DNA from: an uncultured Candidatus Rokubacteria bacterium
GTDB lineage: Bacteria > Methylomirabilota > Methylomirabilia > Rokubacteriales > DASRDR01
NCBI GenBank assembly: GCA_963805625.1
Contig: CAWDVE010000010.1
Span: forward strand, 1,120,001 to 1,184,000
DNA length: 64,000 nucleotides
Direction: 5' to 3'
Shown piece after piece: positions 10,162 through 20,319 of the stretch; positions within the stretch are counted from its first letter, which is position 1, and each line of letters starts with the position of its first letter. A program made the translations under genes and the position numbers. The notes under the pieces are model-generated. The model was not told where the DNA came from, made no database searches, and was given only the letters and a program-made list of their open reading frames with translations.

Positions 10162-11143
10162 CGCCGTCCAGGGATTCGCCGATCCGCTCCCGGACCACGT
10201 ACGCCGGCTCCCGCAACACGCGATGGTGGATGCGGGCCACGTACTCGCCCAGGATGCCCAGCGTGAACAGCTGCGCGCCCGAGAAGATCGCCAGCGCCGA
10301 TGCGAGGAACCGAAAGACCGACAGGGGTTGCCCGGTCGCAAGGTAGGACCCCAGCACGAAGGCGAACGCGGCGAGCCCCAGCAGCATCACGACAAATCCG
10401 ACGAGACTGGCGAGACGAAGCGGCCAGGTGCGAAAGGTCGTCGTCAGGTCGATCGCCAGCTTGGCGAGCTTGAACCAGCTGTACTGCGACCGGCCGTGAC
10501 GCCTCGGCTCGTGGCGGACCTCTACCGAAGCGGTGCGGGTCGTCGTCCACGCGAGCAGCGCATCGATGGCGACAGCCGGCCCCTCGTAGTGGGCGAACCC
10601 CTCGCGGAGAACCGTCCGGAACGCCCGGAAGGCGCTCGCCCGGGACGCGATCCCTACTCCGAGCACACGGTGCAGCCACAGCTTCGTGAGGCGCGACGAA
10701 AGGTTCCGCGAGAATCCCTGCTGGGGCAGCGCGGGCACCCCGTAGACGAGGTCCTGGCCCTGGCCAAGCGTCCCTAGCAAGAGCGGGATCTCCTCCGGAG
10801 GATGCTGCAGGTCGTCGTCCATCGTCACCGTGGCTGCGAAGCGGGCGGCACGAATCCCGGCCAGGAGCGCGTTGTGCTGGCCGTAGTTCCGCATCAGATT
10901 GATGCCGCGAACCCAAGGGTACTTCCGCGCCGCTTGGCCGATCGCCTCCCAGGAGCCGTCCTGGCTGCCGTCGTTGACCAGCACCACCTCAAACCGGTCG
11001 GCGGCGCCGGGCAGGACCGCGGCGAGGCGCTCAGTCAAGATGGGAAGCGTCGCGTGGCTGTTGTAGACCGGGATCACGACCGTGCACTCACGCTGCTGGC
11101 AGTACCGACTCTGGGGGGATTCCGGCGGGGTCGGCACCGTCAT
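10154..11143 (-). CDS. GT2 polyprenyl-phosphate glycosyltransferase (ArnC/GtrB-like)
   Basis: VVIPVYN, VNDGSQDGS, RNYGQHNA, MDDDLQHPPEEIP, two C-terminal TMs, GILGEYVARI. Confidence 0.9.
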   Translation of the reverse strand: MTVPTPPESPQSRYCQQRECTVVIPVYNSHATLPILTERLAAVLPGAADRFEVVLVNDGSQDGSWEAIGQAARKYPWVRGINLMRNYGQHNALLAGIRAARFAATVTMDDDLQHPPEEIPLLLGTLGQGQDLVYGVPALPQQGFSRNLSSRLTKLWLHRVLGVGIASRASAFRAFRTVLREGFAHYEGPAVAIDALLAWTTTRTASVEVRHEPRRHGRSQYSWFKLAKLAIDLTTTFRTWPLRLASLVGFVVMLLGLAAFAFVLGSYLATGQPLSVFRFLASALAIFSGAQLFTLGILGEYVARIHHRVLREPAYVVRERIGESLDGDA

Positions 11144-11439
11144 GCCACCGGCATCGCGGCTCGTCGCACCGACAGCACGAGCCGACACCCGGCCAGCCGC
11201 CTCGCGGTCGCGCCGGGCAGGAGGGTGACACAACGCCATCGATAAGCCAGCATTCGTCAGCCTTAGCCGAGAACGTTAACATGGCCGCCCGTAATCACGC
11301 ACCCTCCGCGCTCGAGCGGAAGTCGTCGACCTCGAGAATCCGATCCGCCCGTCATGAAGGACCCACTCGATGTGGCACCTTGGCGCCCCGGAGGCTCCGG
11401 TCTTCGGGTGCCGGTGGGCGGCACCGTAAGCTCGGTCGG

Positions 11440-11495
11440 TTGACTGTGTAGCAATGATGTGGTACGGCTTCCATATCACAGTGTGGATTGTGCCT
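11440..11495 (+). promoter_or_regulatory. Probable TA operon promoter/operator
   Basis: TTGACT at 11440. Imperfect inverted repeats GATGTGG..CCATATC and TCCATA..TGTGGA lie just upstream of the RHH gene. Confidence 0.4.
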
Positions 11496-11762
11496 ATGCC
11501 CAGGGCTTCCCGAGCCAAAAAGGTAATACAGGTTCCGATCGAGCCGAGCCTCCTCTCGAGGATCGACGATACCGCTCGGTTGGTGGCGGAGAGCCGCGCG
11601 GCCTTCATCCGGGAGGCGTGTAAGATGCGCCTGCGTGAGCTCGACGCCGCTCAGCAGGACCGACGGTACGTGGAAGGCTACAGCCGGAAACCCGAGTCGA
11701 CAGCCTGGGCGAAGACCAGCGCGCTCCTGTTTTCCCGGGTCCTGCCCCGGGAGAAGTGGTAG
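11496..11762 (+). CDS. Ribbon-helix-helix (CopG/MazE-type) antitoxin
   Basis: KVIQVPIEPSLLSRIDD...SRAAFIREA RHH pattern and YVEGY..KP C-terminus; directly upstream of the toxin. Confidence 0.85.
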   Translation: MPRASRAKKVIQVPIEPSLLSRIDDTARLVAESRAAFIREACKMRLRELDAAQQDRRYVEGYSRKPESTAWAKTSALLFSRVLPREKW

Positions 11763-11771
11763 GGCGGCGCG

Positions 11772-12086
11772 GTGAGACGCGGCGAGGTGTGGTGGGCCCA
11801 CCTGCCGCGCCCGATCGGACGCAGGCCCGTCGTGTTGCTCAGTCGTGACGTGGCCTACCGAGTCCGTACAGCGGTGACGGTGGCCCCCGTGACCCGGACC
11901 GTCCGCAACATCCCGGTCGAGGTCGCGCTCGACCGAGCGGACGGACTCCCTATCCGTTGCGTAGTGAACTTGGACGACATCACCACCATCCCCAAGACCC
12001 TCGTCACCGAGCGGATCTCGACTCTCTCCGTCGAGCGGATGCGTGAGATCGACGAGGCGGTCCGCTTCGCGCTCGACCTGTCCTGA
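11772..12086 (+). CDS. mazF: PemK/MazF family endoribonuclease toxin
   Basis: MRRGEVWWA, RRPVVLLSRD, VTVAPVT, CVVNLDDITTI, IDEAVRFALDL. Confidence 0.92.
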   Translation: MRRGEVWWAHLPRPIGRRPVVLLSRDVAYRVRTAVTVAPVTRTVRNIPVEVALDRADGLPIRCVVNLDDITTIPKTLVTERISTLSVERMREIDEAVRFALDLS

Positions 12087-12110
12087 TCGCTGGGCCGCGA
12101 ACTGCCAGGC

Positions 12111-12896
12111 CTACCCCGCGGTGAACCCTCCGTCGACCACGAGCTCGGCGCCGGTCATGAACGAGGACTCGTCCGAGGCGAGGAACAGCGCGGCAAACGC
12201 GATCTCGCGCGGCTTCGCGATCCGCCCGAGGGGGATGCCGGTCTCGAACTCCTTCCGGACGGCGTCGCTCAGGTACGGGGCCTGGAGCGGCGTGTCCACG
12301 ATCCCCGGGTGGATGATGTTGCAGCGGATCCGGTCCTTCGCGAACTGGATCGCGAGAGACTTGGTCAGGGAGATGAGGGCTCCCTTCGCCGACGTGTAGG
12401 CGTCCTGGGCGCGCGTGAAACCGACCAGCGCCGACACGGAGCCCACGTTGACGATCGACCCGCCGCCGGCTTTCCGGAGGTGGGGAATGCCGTGCTTGGT
12501 CACCCAGAAGACGGACTTCAGGTTGACGCCCATCACCCGCTCCCACCAGCCGTCGTCGGTCTCCAGCACGGAGCGGTCGCGGTCCTTCCAGAGGACGCCC
12601 GCGTTGTTGTAGAGAACGTGCAGCGCGCCGAACCGGCGCGCCGTCTCGTCGATCATGCGCTGGACGTCGGCCTCCACGGCCACGTCCCCCGCCACGGCGA
12701 GGGCCTGGCCGCCCGCGCGCTCAATGAGCGCCACCGTCTCCTCGGCCGCGGCCTTGTTGATGTCAGCCACGCCGATCCGGGCGCCGTGCTCGGCGAACAG
12801 GACGGCGGCCTCCCGCCCCATCCCCATGCCGGCCCCGGTGATGAACGCCACCTTCCCCGCGAGCCTCGGCCCGAGGCCAGCCCCGTCCACCGTCAT
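12111..12896 (-). CDS. SDR family NAD(P)-dependent oxidoreductase
   Basis: TGAGMGMG, NNAG, YTSAKG, VDGG. Confidence 0.9.
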   Translation of the reverse strand: MTVDGAGLGPRLAGKVAFITGAGMGMGREAAVLFAEHGARIGVADINKAAAEETVALIERAGGQALAVAGDVAVEADVQRMIDETARRFGALHVLYNNAGVLWKDRDRSVLETDDGWWERVMGVNLKSVFWVTKHGIPHLRKAGGGSIVNVGSVSALVGFTRAQDAYTSAKGALISLTKSLAIQFAKDRIRCNIIHPGIVDTPLQAPYLSDAVRKEFETGIPLGRIAKPREIAFAALFLASDESSFMTGAELVVDGGFTAG

Positions 12897-13012
12897 GACC
12901 CATCCTCCCCGTCGTCGACCGAACTGGCGGTCGAGCTGAATGACGCCGCCATCCTACCTCACTCCACACGGCTTAAACCCGCGGCGCGGCGCTGGCACAA
13001 TCGTGTCAGTTC

Positions 13013-13903
13013 TCAGGGCACTCGGACCCGGAGCACGGCCGGGCGGATCCGCACGGTCAGGACCGGGCCGCCCGTGACGGCCTCGCCGTCCACGTGGAAG
13101 AGGATCGGCTCCGTTCCCGTGATCTCCACGGTCGGCGTGCGCGTCGTGCGAACGCCGGGCGCCCGGTCCAGCGTGCCCCGGAAGAGATGGAGCGCGTCGC
13201 GGAGGGCCACAAGCGGGGGGCGCGCCGCCACCGTCACGACGTCGAGCTGACCGTCGTCCGGTCGCGCGGTGGGAGCGACCACGGCCCCGCCTCCGTACTG
13301 GCGCGCGTTCGCGCAGATGATGACGAGGGCCCGCTCCTGCCAGGTCTCGGCGCCGACGCGGATCGTGTACTCGCGGGCGCGATAGCGGAGGATCTCACGC
13401 ACGCCGATCGCCAGGTAGGGCCAGAGCCCGCGGCGTCCGCCGCGCCGGGCGTTGAACAGCGCGGCGACGTGCGCGTCGAGTCCGATGCCGGCCAGGTTGA
13501 CGAACAGGTGTCCCTCGACGTCCCCGACGTCGATCACGCGCTCCCGCCGGCCGAGCGCGACGGCAAGCGCCCCGGCCGGGTCCCAGGGGATCCCGAGCTC
13601 GCGGGCGAGGCCGTTGCCGGAGCCGGCCGGCACGACACCGAGGGCCGTGCCGGTCCCCGCCAGGGCGCGGGCGACCTCGTTCACCGTCCCGTCACCGCCC
13701 CACGCGCAGACGACCGCCGTGCGCGCGGCCACCGCGGCGCGGGCGAGCTCGAGCGCATGGCCCGGCCCCTCGGTGAGCCGCACCGTCCCCTGGACACCCC
13801 GCGCGGCGAGCACGCTCTCGGCGAGGGCCAGCCGGCGGTCTCCGGTCCGGCGGCCTCGCGGGCCCGCGGCCGGGTTGACGATGACGGCGACGGACGCGGT
13901 CAG
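13013..13903 (-). CDS. Diacylglycerol kinase family (YegS/DagK-like) lipid kinase; proposed CTG start
   Basis: VIVNPAAG, GGDGTVNEV, PAGSGNGLAR, HVDGE. The only plausible start ahead of the first motif is a CTG overlapping the upstream TGA. Confidence 0.85.
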   Translation of the reverse strand: MTASVAVIVNPAAGPRGRRTGDRRLALAESVLAARGVQGTVRLTEGPGHALELARAAVAARTAVVCAWGGDGTVNEVARALAGTGTALGVVPAGSGNGLARELGIPWDPAGALAVALGRRERVIDVGDVEGHLFVNLAGIGLDAHVAALFNARRGGRRGLWPYLAIGVREILRYRAREYTIRVGAETWQERALVIICANARQYGGGAVVAPTARPDDGQLDVVTVAARPPLVALRDALHLFRGTLDRAPGVRTTRTPTVEITGTEPILFHVDGEAVTGGPVLTVRIRPAVLRVRVP

Positions 13904-15267
13904 ATGCGCTCGAAGCCCCGCATCAGCTCCCAGTCGGTCACGATCTGGTCGAACGTCTGCTGCTCGAGCCGCGCGGTGTGGAGGTAGTGCTCGAACACCT
14001 CGTCGCCGAGGGCCTCGCGGGCGACCCGGGATCCCTCCAGCCCGGCGATGGCCTCGCGGAGCGTCTTCGGAACCTGCGGGAGCTTCGGGTCCTCGTAGGC
14101 GTTGCCCTCGTAGACCCGGGGCGCCGGAAGCTTCTTCTGGATGCCATGGAGCCCGGCCGCGATGGTCGCGGCGAACGCGAGGTAGGGGTTCGCATCGGCG
14201 CCAGGGATCCGGTTCTCGACCCGGAAGGCCGAGCCCTCGCCGCAGAGCCGGAAGCCGCAGGTGCGGTTGTCCCAGCCGGCCACGATCCGGGTGGGCGCGA
14301 ACGAGCCCGCCTGGTAGCGCTTGTACGAGTTCACGTAGGGCGCGTAGAAGTAGGAGAACTCCTTCGCCATCGCCATCTGTCCGGCGAGCCAGTGGCCGTA
14401 GAGGGCCGAGCCGAACCGGCGGCCCTTCTCGTAGAAGAGGCTCTTCTTCCCCGTCCGGTCCCACAGGCTCGAGTGGAGGTGGAAGGACGAGCCCGCGGAG
14501 CCCATGTCGTACTTCGCCATGAACGTGATCGAGCTCCCCTGGGCGTGGGCGATCTCCTTGGCTCCGTGCTTGTAAAGCGTGTGGCGATCCGCCATCTCCA
14601 CCGGCTCGGCGTAGCGGAGGTTGATCTCCTCCTGCCCGCACCCCCACTCGCCCTTCGAGAACTCCACCGGCACCGCGGCCGCCTCCATGCCGTTGCGGAT
14701 CGCCCGGACCAGACCCTCCTCCTTCGTCGTCTGGAGGATGTGGTAGTCCTCGATGTACTGGGACACCGGCGTCAGCCCGTGGTAGCGCTTCGAGCGCGCC
14801 TCGCCGAACGACTCCTGGAAGAGGTACAGCTCGAGCTCCGACGCGACCATGATCCGGTACCCGAGCTTAGTCGCCCGGTCGACCTGGCGCTGGAGGATGC
14901 GACGCGGGCTGACCTCGATCGGCTCGCCCCCCTCCTCCGTGTAGAGATCGCAGAACACGAGCGCCGTCTTCTCGAGCCACGGGATCCGGCGGAGAGTCCC
15001 GAGGTCCGGGACCGCCTTCATGTCCTGGTACCCGGTGGCCCACGAGGCGAATTTGTAGCCGGGCAAGGGCTCCATGTCCACGTCAACGGTCAGAAGGTAG
15101 GCGCAGGCGTGCACCCCGTCACCCGCGATGTGCTCGAGGAAGTGGCGCCCGACGACGCGCTTGCCCATCAGGCGGCCCTGGACGTCGGGGAAGACCGTCA
15201 GCACTGTGTCGACCTCGTCTCGCCGGACGAGGGCTTCCAGATCCTTGAGGTCGAGATTGCCGGGCAT
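13900..15267 (-). CDS. Glutamine synthetase-like gamma-glutamyl ligase (PuuA/GlnA4 type)
   Basis: PDVQGRLMGKR, ELELYLF, KGEWGCGQEEIN, GSSFHLHSS, ENRIPGADANPY; GAGGGAG RBS. Confidence 0.9.
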   Translation of the reverse strand: MPGNLDLKDLEALVRRDEVDTVLTVFPDVQGRLMGKRVVGRHFLEHIAGDGVHACAYLLTVDVDMEPLPGYKFASWATGYQDMKAVPDLGTLRRIPWLEKTALVFCDLYTEEGGEPIEVSPRRILQRQVDRATKLGYRIMVASELELYLFQESFGEARSKRYHGLTPVSQYIEDYHILQTTKEEGLVRAIRNGMEAAAVPVEFSKGEWGCGQEEINLRYAEPVEMADRHTLYKHGAKEIAHAQGSSITFMAKYDMGSAGSSFHLHSSLWDRTGKKSLFYEKGRRFGSALYGHWLAGQMAMAKEFSYFYAPYVNSYKRYQAGSFAPTRIVAGWDNRTCGFRLCGEGSAFRVENRIPGADANPYLAFAATIAAGLHGIQKKLPAPRVYEGNAYEDPKLPQVPKTLREAIAGLEGSRVAREALGDEVFEHYLHTARLEQQTFDQIVTDWELMRGFERI

Positions 15268-15323
15268 GGCTCCCTCGGTCCCCGACGCGCGCGCCCGATC
15301 CCGGGATGGGGCGGCCGGCCGGT

Positions 15324-16133
15324 CTAGAAGGTGAACAGATCTCCGCGCCGGTGCGCGAGGGCGGGCAAGGTCTTGCGGATGCGCTCCGCGTGGCCCAGGT
15401 CGATGTCCGCCACGACGACGCCCTCGCGGTAGCCGGCCCGGGACACGACCGTGCCCCACGGGTCCACGATCATCGAGTTCCCGTAGCAGGCGTGGCCGGG
15501 AGGATGCGAGCCGCACTGGGCTGCCGCCAGCACGTAGACCTGGTTCTCGATGGCGCGAGCTCGCACAAGGACCTCCCAGTGATCCCGGCCAGTCTCCATG
15601 GTGAAGGCGGCGGGCACCGTGATCAGGCGCGCCCCCCAGGCGGCGAGCCGCCGGTAGAGCTCCGGGAAGCGGAGGTCGTAGCAGAGGGTGAGGCCGACCG
15701 GGACGCCCGCGAGCGAGGCGACGACGACCTCCTCGCCGGGCGCCATCGTCGCCGACTCCTGGTAGGTCGTCCCCTCGACCTCGATATCGAAGAGGTGGAG
15801 CTTCCGGTAGCGGGCGACCAGCTCCCCGTCCGGGTTGAGGACCACCGACGTGTTATGGACGCGCTCGTTCCCCTCGACGGCTTCGAGGATCGAGCCGCCC
15901 ACGAGCCAGAACCCGTAGCGGCTCGCCAGCCGGGCGAGGAACTCGGTCGTCTCCCCAGGGATCGGCTCCGCCACCTCGGCGTGGCGCTTCCCGGACCCGA
16001 GGTAGGTCCAGAGCTCTGGCAGCACCACGAGGTCCGAGCCCCACGCCGCGGCCTGCGCGATGAGCATCTCGCCGCGCTCGAGATTCTCCGCTTTCTCGTC
16101 CTTGCTGTTCATCTGGACCAGCGCAACACGCAC
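15324..16133 (-). CDS. Carbon-nitrogen hydrolase (Nit1/deaminated glutathione amidase-like)
   Basis: LPE, YRKLHLFD, CYDLRFPE catalytic triad; RARAIENQ. Confidence 0.9.
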   Translation of the reverse strand: MRVALVQMNSKDEKAENLERGEMLIAQAAAWGSDLVVLPELWTYLGSGKRHAEVAEPIPGETTEFLARLASRYGFWLVGGSILEAVEGNERVHNTSVVLNPDGELVARYRKLHLFDIEVEGTTYQESATMAPGEEVVVASLAGVPVGLTLCYDLRFPELYRRLAAWGARLITVPAAFTMETGRDHWEVLVRARAIENQVYVLAAAQCGSHPPGHACYGNSMIVDPWGTVVSRAGYREGVVVADIDLGHAERIRKTLPALAHRRGDLFTF

Positions 16134-16232
16134 GGCCTTGCCCTCCGATCGTCGTCCGCCGGCAGCCCGGCAGGCGCAGCCCCCATCCTAGCCCAGTCGT
16201 GCGAAGCGCCGCCAGATAGCCCGGAGGCGGGC

Positions 16233-17384
16233 TCAGCGCACGGACAGCGGAACCGGGGGCAGGAGCAGAACGAGAAGGATCAGGGCGAACAGCCCGAGTG
16301 CGCGACGACGGCCGTCGAGCGGAGTGATGTCGTCCATGGTCGGACCGTGCCGGAAGCCCATGATGCCGACGATGAGCGCCGCCCACACGAGCCAGTTGAT
16401 GCTGCCGAAGGCGAGCCCGATCAGCACGAGGCCGCCCACGGCGAGCTTCGAGATGAGCGCGTGGCGGACGCCGAACAGGGCGTAGACGATGTGGCCGCCG
16501 TCGAGCTGGCCCGCGGGAATGAGGTTCAAGGCCGTGACGAAGAAGCCGAACCAGGCCGCAACCCCGACCGGGTGCAGCAGGATGTCGAAGTCGGGCGGCA
16601 AGGCGCCCAGCGTCAGCCGCTCGAGGAGCTTGGGGAGAAGGGCGTCGCCGAATTGGACGTATCCACCCTCCGTCGGTCCCTGGGGGATCCGGACCACGGA
16701 CGAGAGCCTCAAGCCGAGCACGTAGATTGGCACCGCGACCACGAGACCCGCGAGCGGCCCGGCCACGGCCATGTCGAACAGCGCCCGGCGATCGCGGATC
16801 GCACCCCGAAGACGGATCACCGCGCCGAGCGTCCCCAGGAGGAAGGGCGGGATCGGCGGCACCGGGATGAAGTACGGGAGCGACACGGGCATCCCGTGAC
16901 GTCGGCCAAGCGCGTAGTGCCCCAACTCGTGGACGCCCAGGATACCGAGAAGCGACGCGGCAAACGGCAGACCGACGACGATCCGGCTCGGATTCCGCCA
17001 CAGCTCATCGAGCGGGACCCCGCCCAGGATCAGGGTGCCGGCGAGGAGCGTCGTGACCACCGTGGCGAGGAACAGCGCGAGATGAACGAGCGGGCGGGAC
17101 GGCTCGGCGACCTCTGCCTGGGCAAGCGCGTGCACCCACACCGTGCCCTGATCCTCCCGGAGGAACGGCGCGTACCCATGGCGCGCCAGGCGAGGCCGGA
17201 GGCGCTCGACCGCCACATCGGGCTCCACGAGGAGTCGACCCCCAAAGGCGAGCGAGCGTCCGAGGAGCCGGCGCTCCTGGACGATCAGGACGTCGTCGAG
17301 CTGGCTCCGAAGGAGCGCCTCGAGCGGGAACATCTCCTCCCAGCTCGGGGGCTCTTCGGGGGCGCGGCGAGACCAAAAAGGCAC
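16233..17384 (-). CDS. Site-2 protease (M50 zinc metalloprotease)
   Basis: HELGH and NLIPAGQLDGGH motifs; multiple TMs. Confidence 0.9.
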   Translation of the reverse strand: MPFWSRRAPEEPPSWEEMFPLEALLRSQLDDVLIVQERRLLGRSLAFGGRLLVEPDVAVERLRPRLARHGYAPFLREDQGTVWVHALAQAEVAEPSRPLVHLALFLATVVTTLLAGTLILGGVPLDELWRNPSRIVVGLPFAASLLGILGVHELGHYALGRRHGMPVSLPYFIPVPPIPPFLLGTLGAVIRLRGAIRDRRALFDMAVAGPLAGLVVAVPIYVLGLRLSSVVRIPQGPTEGGYVQFGDALLPKLLERLTLGALPPDFDILLHPVGVAAWFGFFVTALNLIPAGQLDGGHIVYALFGVRHALISKLAVGGLVLIGLAFGSINWLVWAALIVGIMGFRHGPTMDDITPLDGRRRALGLFALILLVLLLPPVPLSVR

Positions 17385-17420
17385 GGGGCGTTCCTCTCGC
17401 TCAGCCTATCACGGCGTCCG

Positions 17421-17984
17421 TCAGGGCCCCGGCGGCGCCTGCCCGACTCGCATGAGCCGGCCGACGAGCGGCAACACCGCGGCGAGCCCGCCAGTGAGGT
17501 AGAGGGCGGCCACCACGGCTTCGAGTGCGCTCGCGAGCACCGACTCCTTATCCCGTCCGCCGTGCTGCGCCTCCCCGCGGCCGAGGCGGAGACACGCGTC
17601 CACCCCTAGCTCTCGCGCCCAGGCGGCCAGGCCGCGCGTCGAGACGATCTCCGCCCGGTGAACCGTCAGCGTCCCCGGCCCGGCACCGGGGTCACGCTGG
17701 ACCAGGAGGCTTGCGACGACGAGCCCGAGGACAGCGTCGCCCAGGAAGGCGAGGGTCTCGTTGTGCTCGGCGGGCGGGTGCTCGTGCGCGTACGAGGGGT
17801 GCGTCAGGGCCTGGAGCAGGAGCTCGGAGAGCCCCGGAAGGCCGAGCCGCGCCGAGAGCGCGGCCAGCGCCTCGGTCTCGACCTCCCCTGGCCGCGGAGC
17901 GGGGCCGCCCGGCGCCTCACCGGACGAGGATGGAGCCGATTGTCCCTCGGGATCGGATCCGGGTCCGCGGGCCGCGCGGGTCAG
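17421..17984 (-). CDS. rnc: RNase III-domain-only protein, degenerate active site, no dsRBD; proposed CTG start
   Basis: Manual translation: ...[34 protein letters not shown]...[32 protein letters not shown]...GP*. Syntenic position after fabF. The ORF track shows only the last 60 aa. Confidence 0.8.
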   Translation of the reverse strand: MTRAARGPGSDPEGQSAPSSSGEAPGGPAPRPGEVETEALAALSARLGLPGLSELLLQALTHPSYAHEHPPAEHNETLAFLGDAVLGLVVASLLVQRDPGAGPGTLTVHRAEIVSTRGLAAWARELGVDACLRLGRGEAQHGGRDKESVLASALEAVVAALYLTGGLAAVLPLVGRLMRVGQAPPGP

Positions 17985-19237
17985 ACGCGCCAGCGCCGGA
18001 AGGCGAGGGTCGCGTTGGTGCCGCCGAACCCGAAGCCGTTCGACAGGGCGGTCTCGACCTCGGCCTTCCGCGCCACGTTCGGCACGTAGTCGAGATCACA
18101 CTCCGGGTCGGGCGTCTCGTAGTTGATCGTCGGAGGCAGGATGCCGTGCTTGATGGCGAGCACCGTGACGATCGCCTCGATGCCGCCCGCGGCTCCGAGG
18201 AGGTGGCCGGTCATCGATTTGGTCGACGACACGGCGAGCCGCCGGGCGTGGTCGCCGAACACCTGCTTGATCGCCAGGCTCTCGGTCCTGTCGTTGTACG
18301 GGGTCGAGGTGCCGTGGGCGTTGACGTACCCCACGTCCTCGGGCCGGACGCCCCCGTCCCGCAGGGCGCCCGTCATGGCACGAACGGCCCCGTCACCGTC
18401 CGGGTCGGGCGCGGTCATATGGTAGGCGTCGGCCGTCATGCCGTAACCGACGATCTCCGCGTAGATGCGCGCGCCCCGCCGGCGCGCGTGCTCGGCGTTC
18501 TCCAGCACCACGATCCCCGCCCCCTCGCCAGCCACGAATCCGTCGCGATCAGCGTCGAACGGCCGCGACGCCCGCGCGGGCTCGTCGTTCCGGGTGGACA
18601 GCGCCTTCATCTGCGCGAACCCCCCGATGGGGAGCTCGTCAATGATCGCCTCCGAGCCCCCGGCGACCATGAGGTCGGCGTCACTCCGCTGGATGATCTT
18701 GAACGCATCGCCGATCGCATGGTTACCCGTCGCGCAGGCGGTCACCACGGAGGAGTTCGGCCCCTTCAGCTTGTACCGGATCGAGAGCTGCCCGGACGCC
18801 ATGTTCACGATGAGCGACGGGATGAAGAACGGGGAGATCCGGCTCGGCCCCCTCTCGAGAAGCACCCGGTGCCACTCGAGGACGGACAGGATGCCGCCGA
18901 TCCCGGAACCGACGAGAGCGCCGGCACGCGTGGGGTCCACCTGGGAGAAGTCGACCTTGGCGTCCTCGACGGCCTCCACTCCCGCGGCGAGCGCGTATTG
19001 GATGAAGAGGTCGAGCTTCTTGAGCTCCTTCTTCTCGATCACCTTCAGCGGATCGAAGCCCTTGACCTCGGCGGCGATTCTCACGTCGAGGCGCTTGGCG
19101 TCGAACCTGGTGATGGGCCCGACGCCCGACCGGCCCTCGCAGATGGCGCGCCAGTACTCCGGGACGGAATTCCCCAGGGGCGTCACCGCCCCCAGTCCCG
19201 TCACCACGACCCGTGTCTTGCCGCCGTCCGGTGCCAT
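17981..19237 (-). CDS. fabF: Beta-ketoacyl-ACP synthase II
   Basis: [39 protein letters not shown]. Confidence 0.96.
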   Translation of the reverse strand: MAPDGGKTRVVVTGLGAVTPLGNSVPEYWRAICEGRSGVGPITRFDAKRLDVRIAAEVKGFDPLKVIEKKELKKLDLFIQYALAAGVEAVEDAKVDFSQVDPTRAGALVGSGIGGILSVLEWHRVLLERGPSRISPFFIPSLIVNMASGQLSIRYKLKGPNSSVVTACATGNHAIGDAFKIIQRSDADLMVAGGSEAIIDELPIGGFAQMKALSTRNDEPARASRPFDADRDGFVAGEGAGIVVLENAEHARRRGARIYAEIVGYGMTADAYHMTAPDPDGDGAVRAMTGALRDGGVRPEDVGYVNAHGTSTPYNDRTESLAIKQVFGDHARRLAVSSTKSMTGHLLGAAGGIEAIVTVLAIKHGILPPTINYETPDPECDLDYVPNVARKAEVETALSNGFGFGGTNATLAFRRWRV

Positions 19238-19291
19238 CGCCCCTCTGACCTCCGTCTCTGGCGTCGCTGGCGTCGCTGGCGCCCCGGGGTC

Positions 19292-19537
<246 letters not shown>

Positions 19538-19554
19538 CTCCGTCCCTCACCTCC

Positions 19555-20319
19555 TCACATGTACAGCCCACCGTTGACGTGGATGACCTGGCCCGTGATG
19601 TAGCTCGCTCCCTCAGAGGCCAGGAACCGGACGACCTCCGCCACCTCGCGCGCAGTCCCGATCCGCTTCAGCGGGACCTGACCGACGTACGCCTGCCGCA
19701 TCTCGCCGGACAGGCCCGCGGCCATGTCCGTCTCGATCAGGCCCGGCGCGACGGCGTTGACCAGAATACCCCAATGGGCCAGTTCTCGTGCCGTGGACTT
19801 GGTGAGTCCGATCAGCCCTGCCTTCGCGGCTGCGTAGTTGGCCTGGCCGGGCGTACCCATGACGCCCGCCACCGAGGTCACGTTGACGATCCGGCCGGAC
19901 CGCTGACGGATCATGAGGCGCGCTGCCGCCCGGGTCGCCTGGAAGGCGGCCCGGAGGTTGACGCCGAGAACCTCGTCCCAGTCCGCGTCCTTCATCCGGA
20001 TCAGGAGGCCGTCCTTCGTGATGCCGGCGTTGTTGACGAGGAGATCGATCCGATCGAACCGCTTGTCGGTCTCGGTCACGATCCGCTGGACGTCCTCGCC
20101 CCGGCCCATCTCGGCCACCAGGCCGACGACCTTCCCCGCGCGTCCTTCGAGCCCCGCGGCAATCTCCTCGACCTTCGCGGCATCCCGGCCCGTGAACGCC
20201 ACCGTCGCGCCGTCGTCGAGGAGGGCCTCCACGATGGCGCGCCCGATCCCACGCGTCCCACCGGTGACGAGGGCGACGCGGCCCGCGAGAGGTTGACCGG
20301 AGGTGGCCGAGTCGCTCAC
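19555..20319 (-). CDS. fabG: 3-oxoacyl-ACP reductase
   Basis: TGGTRGIG, NNAGITKD, GQANYAAAKAG, HVNGGLYM. GTG start overlaps the fabD stop. Confidence 0.95.
   Translation of the reverse strand: MSDSATSGQPLAGRVALVTGGTRGIGRAIVEALLDDGATVAFTGRDAAKVEEIAAGLEGRAGKVVGLVAEMGRGEDVQRIVTETDKRFDRIDLLVNNAGITKDGLLIRMKDADWDEVLGVNLRAAFQATRAAARLMIRQRSGRIVNVTSVAGVMGTPGQANYAAAKAGLIGLTKSTARELAHWGILVNAVAPGLIETDMAAGLSGEMRQAYVGQVPLKRIGTAREVAEVVRFLASEGASYITGQVIHVNGGLYM

Noticed and set aside
11230-11282. attC-like site near GAACGTTAAC before the TA pair
   Set aside because: No matching R''/L boxes or long imperfect palindrome, and no integrase.
19258-19282. CTGGCGTCG tandem repeat between acpP and fabF
   Set aside because: About 2.5 copies of a GC-rich 9-mer; most likely slippage with no supportable function.
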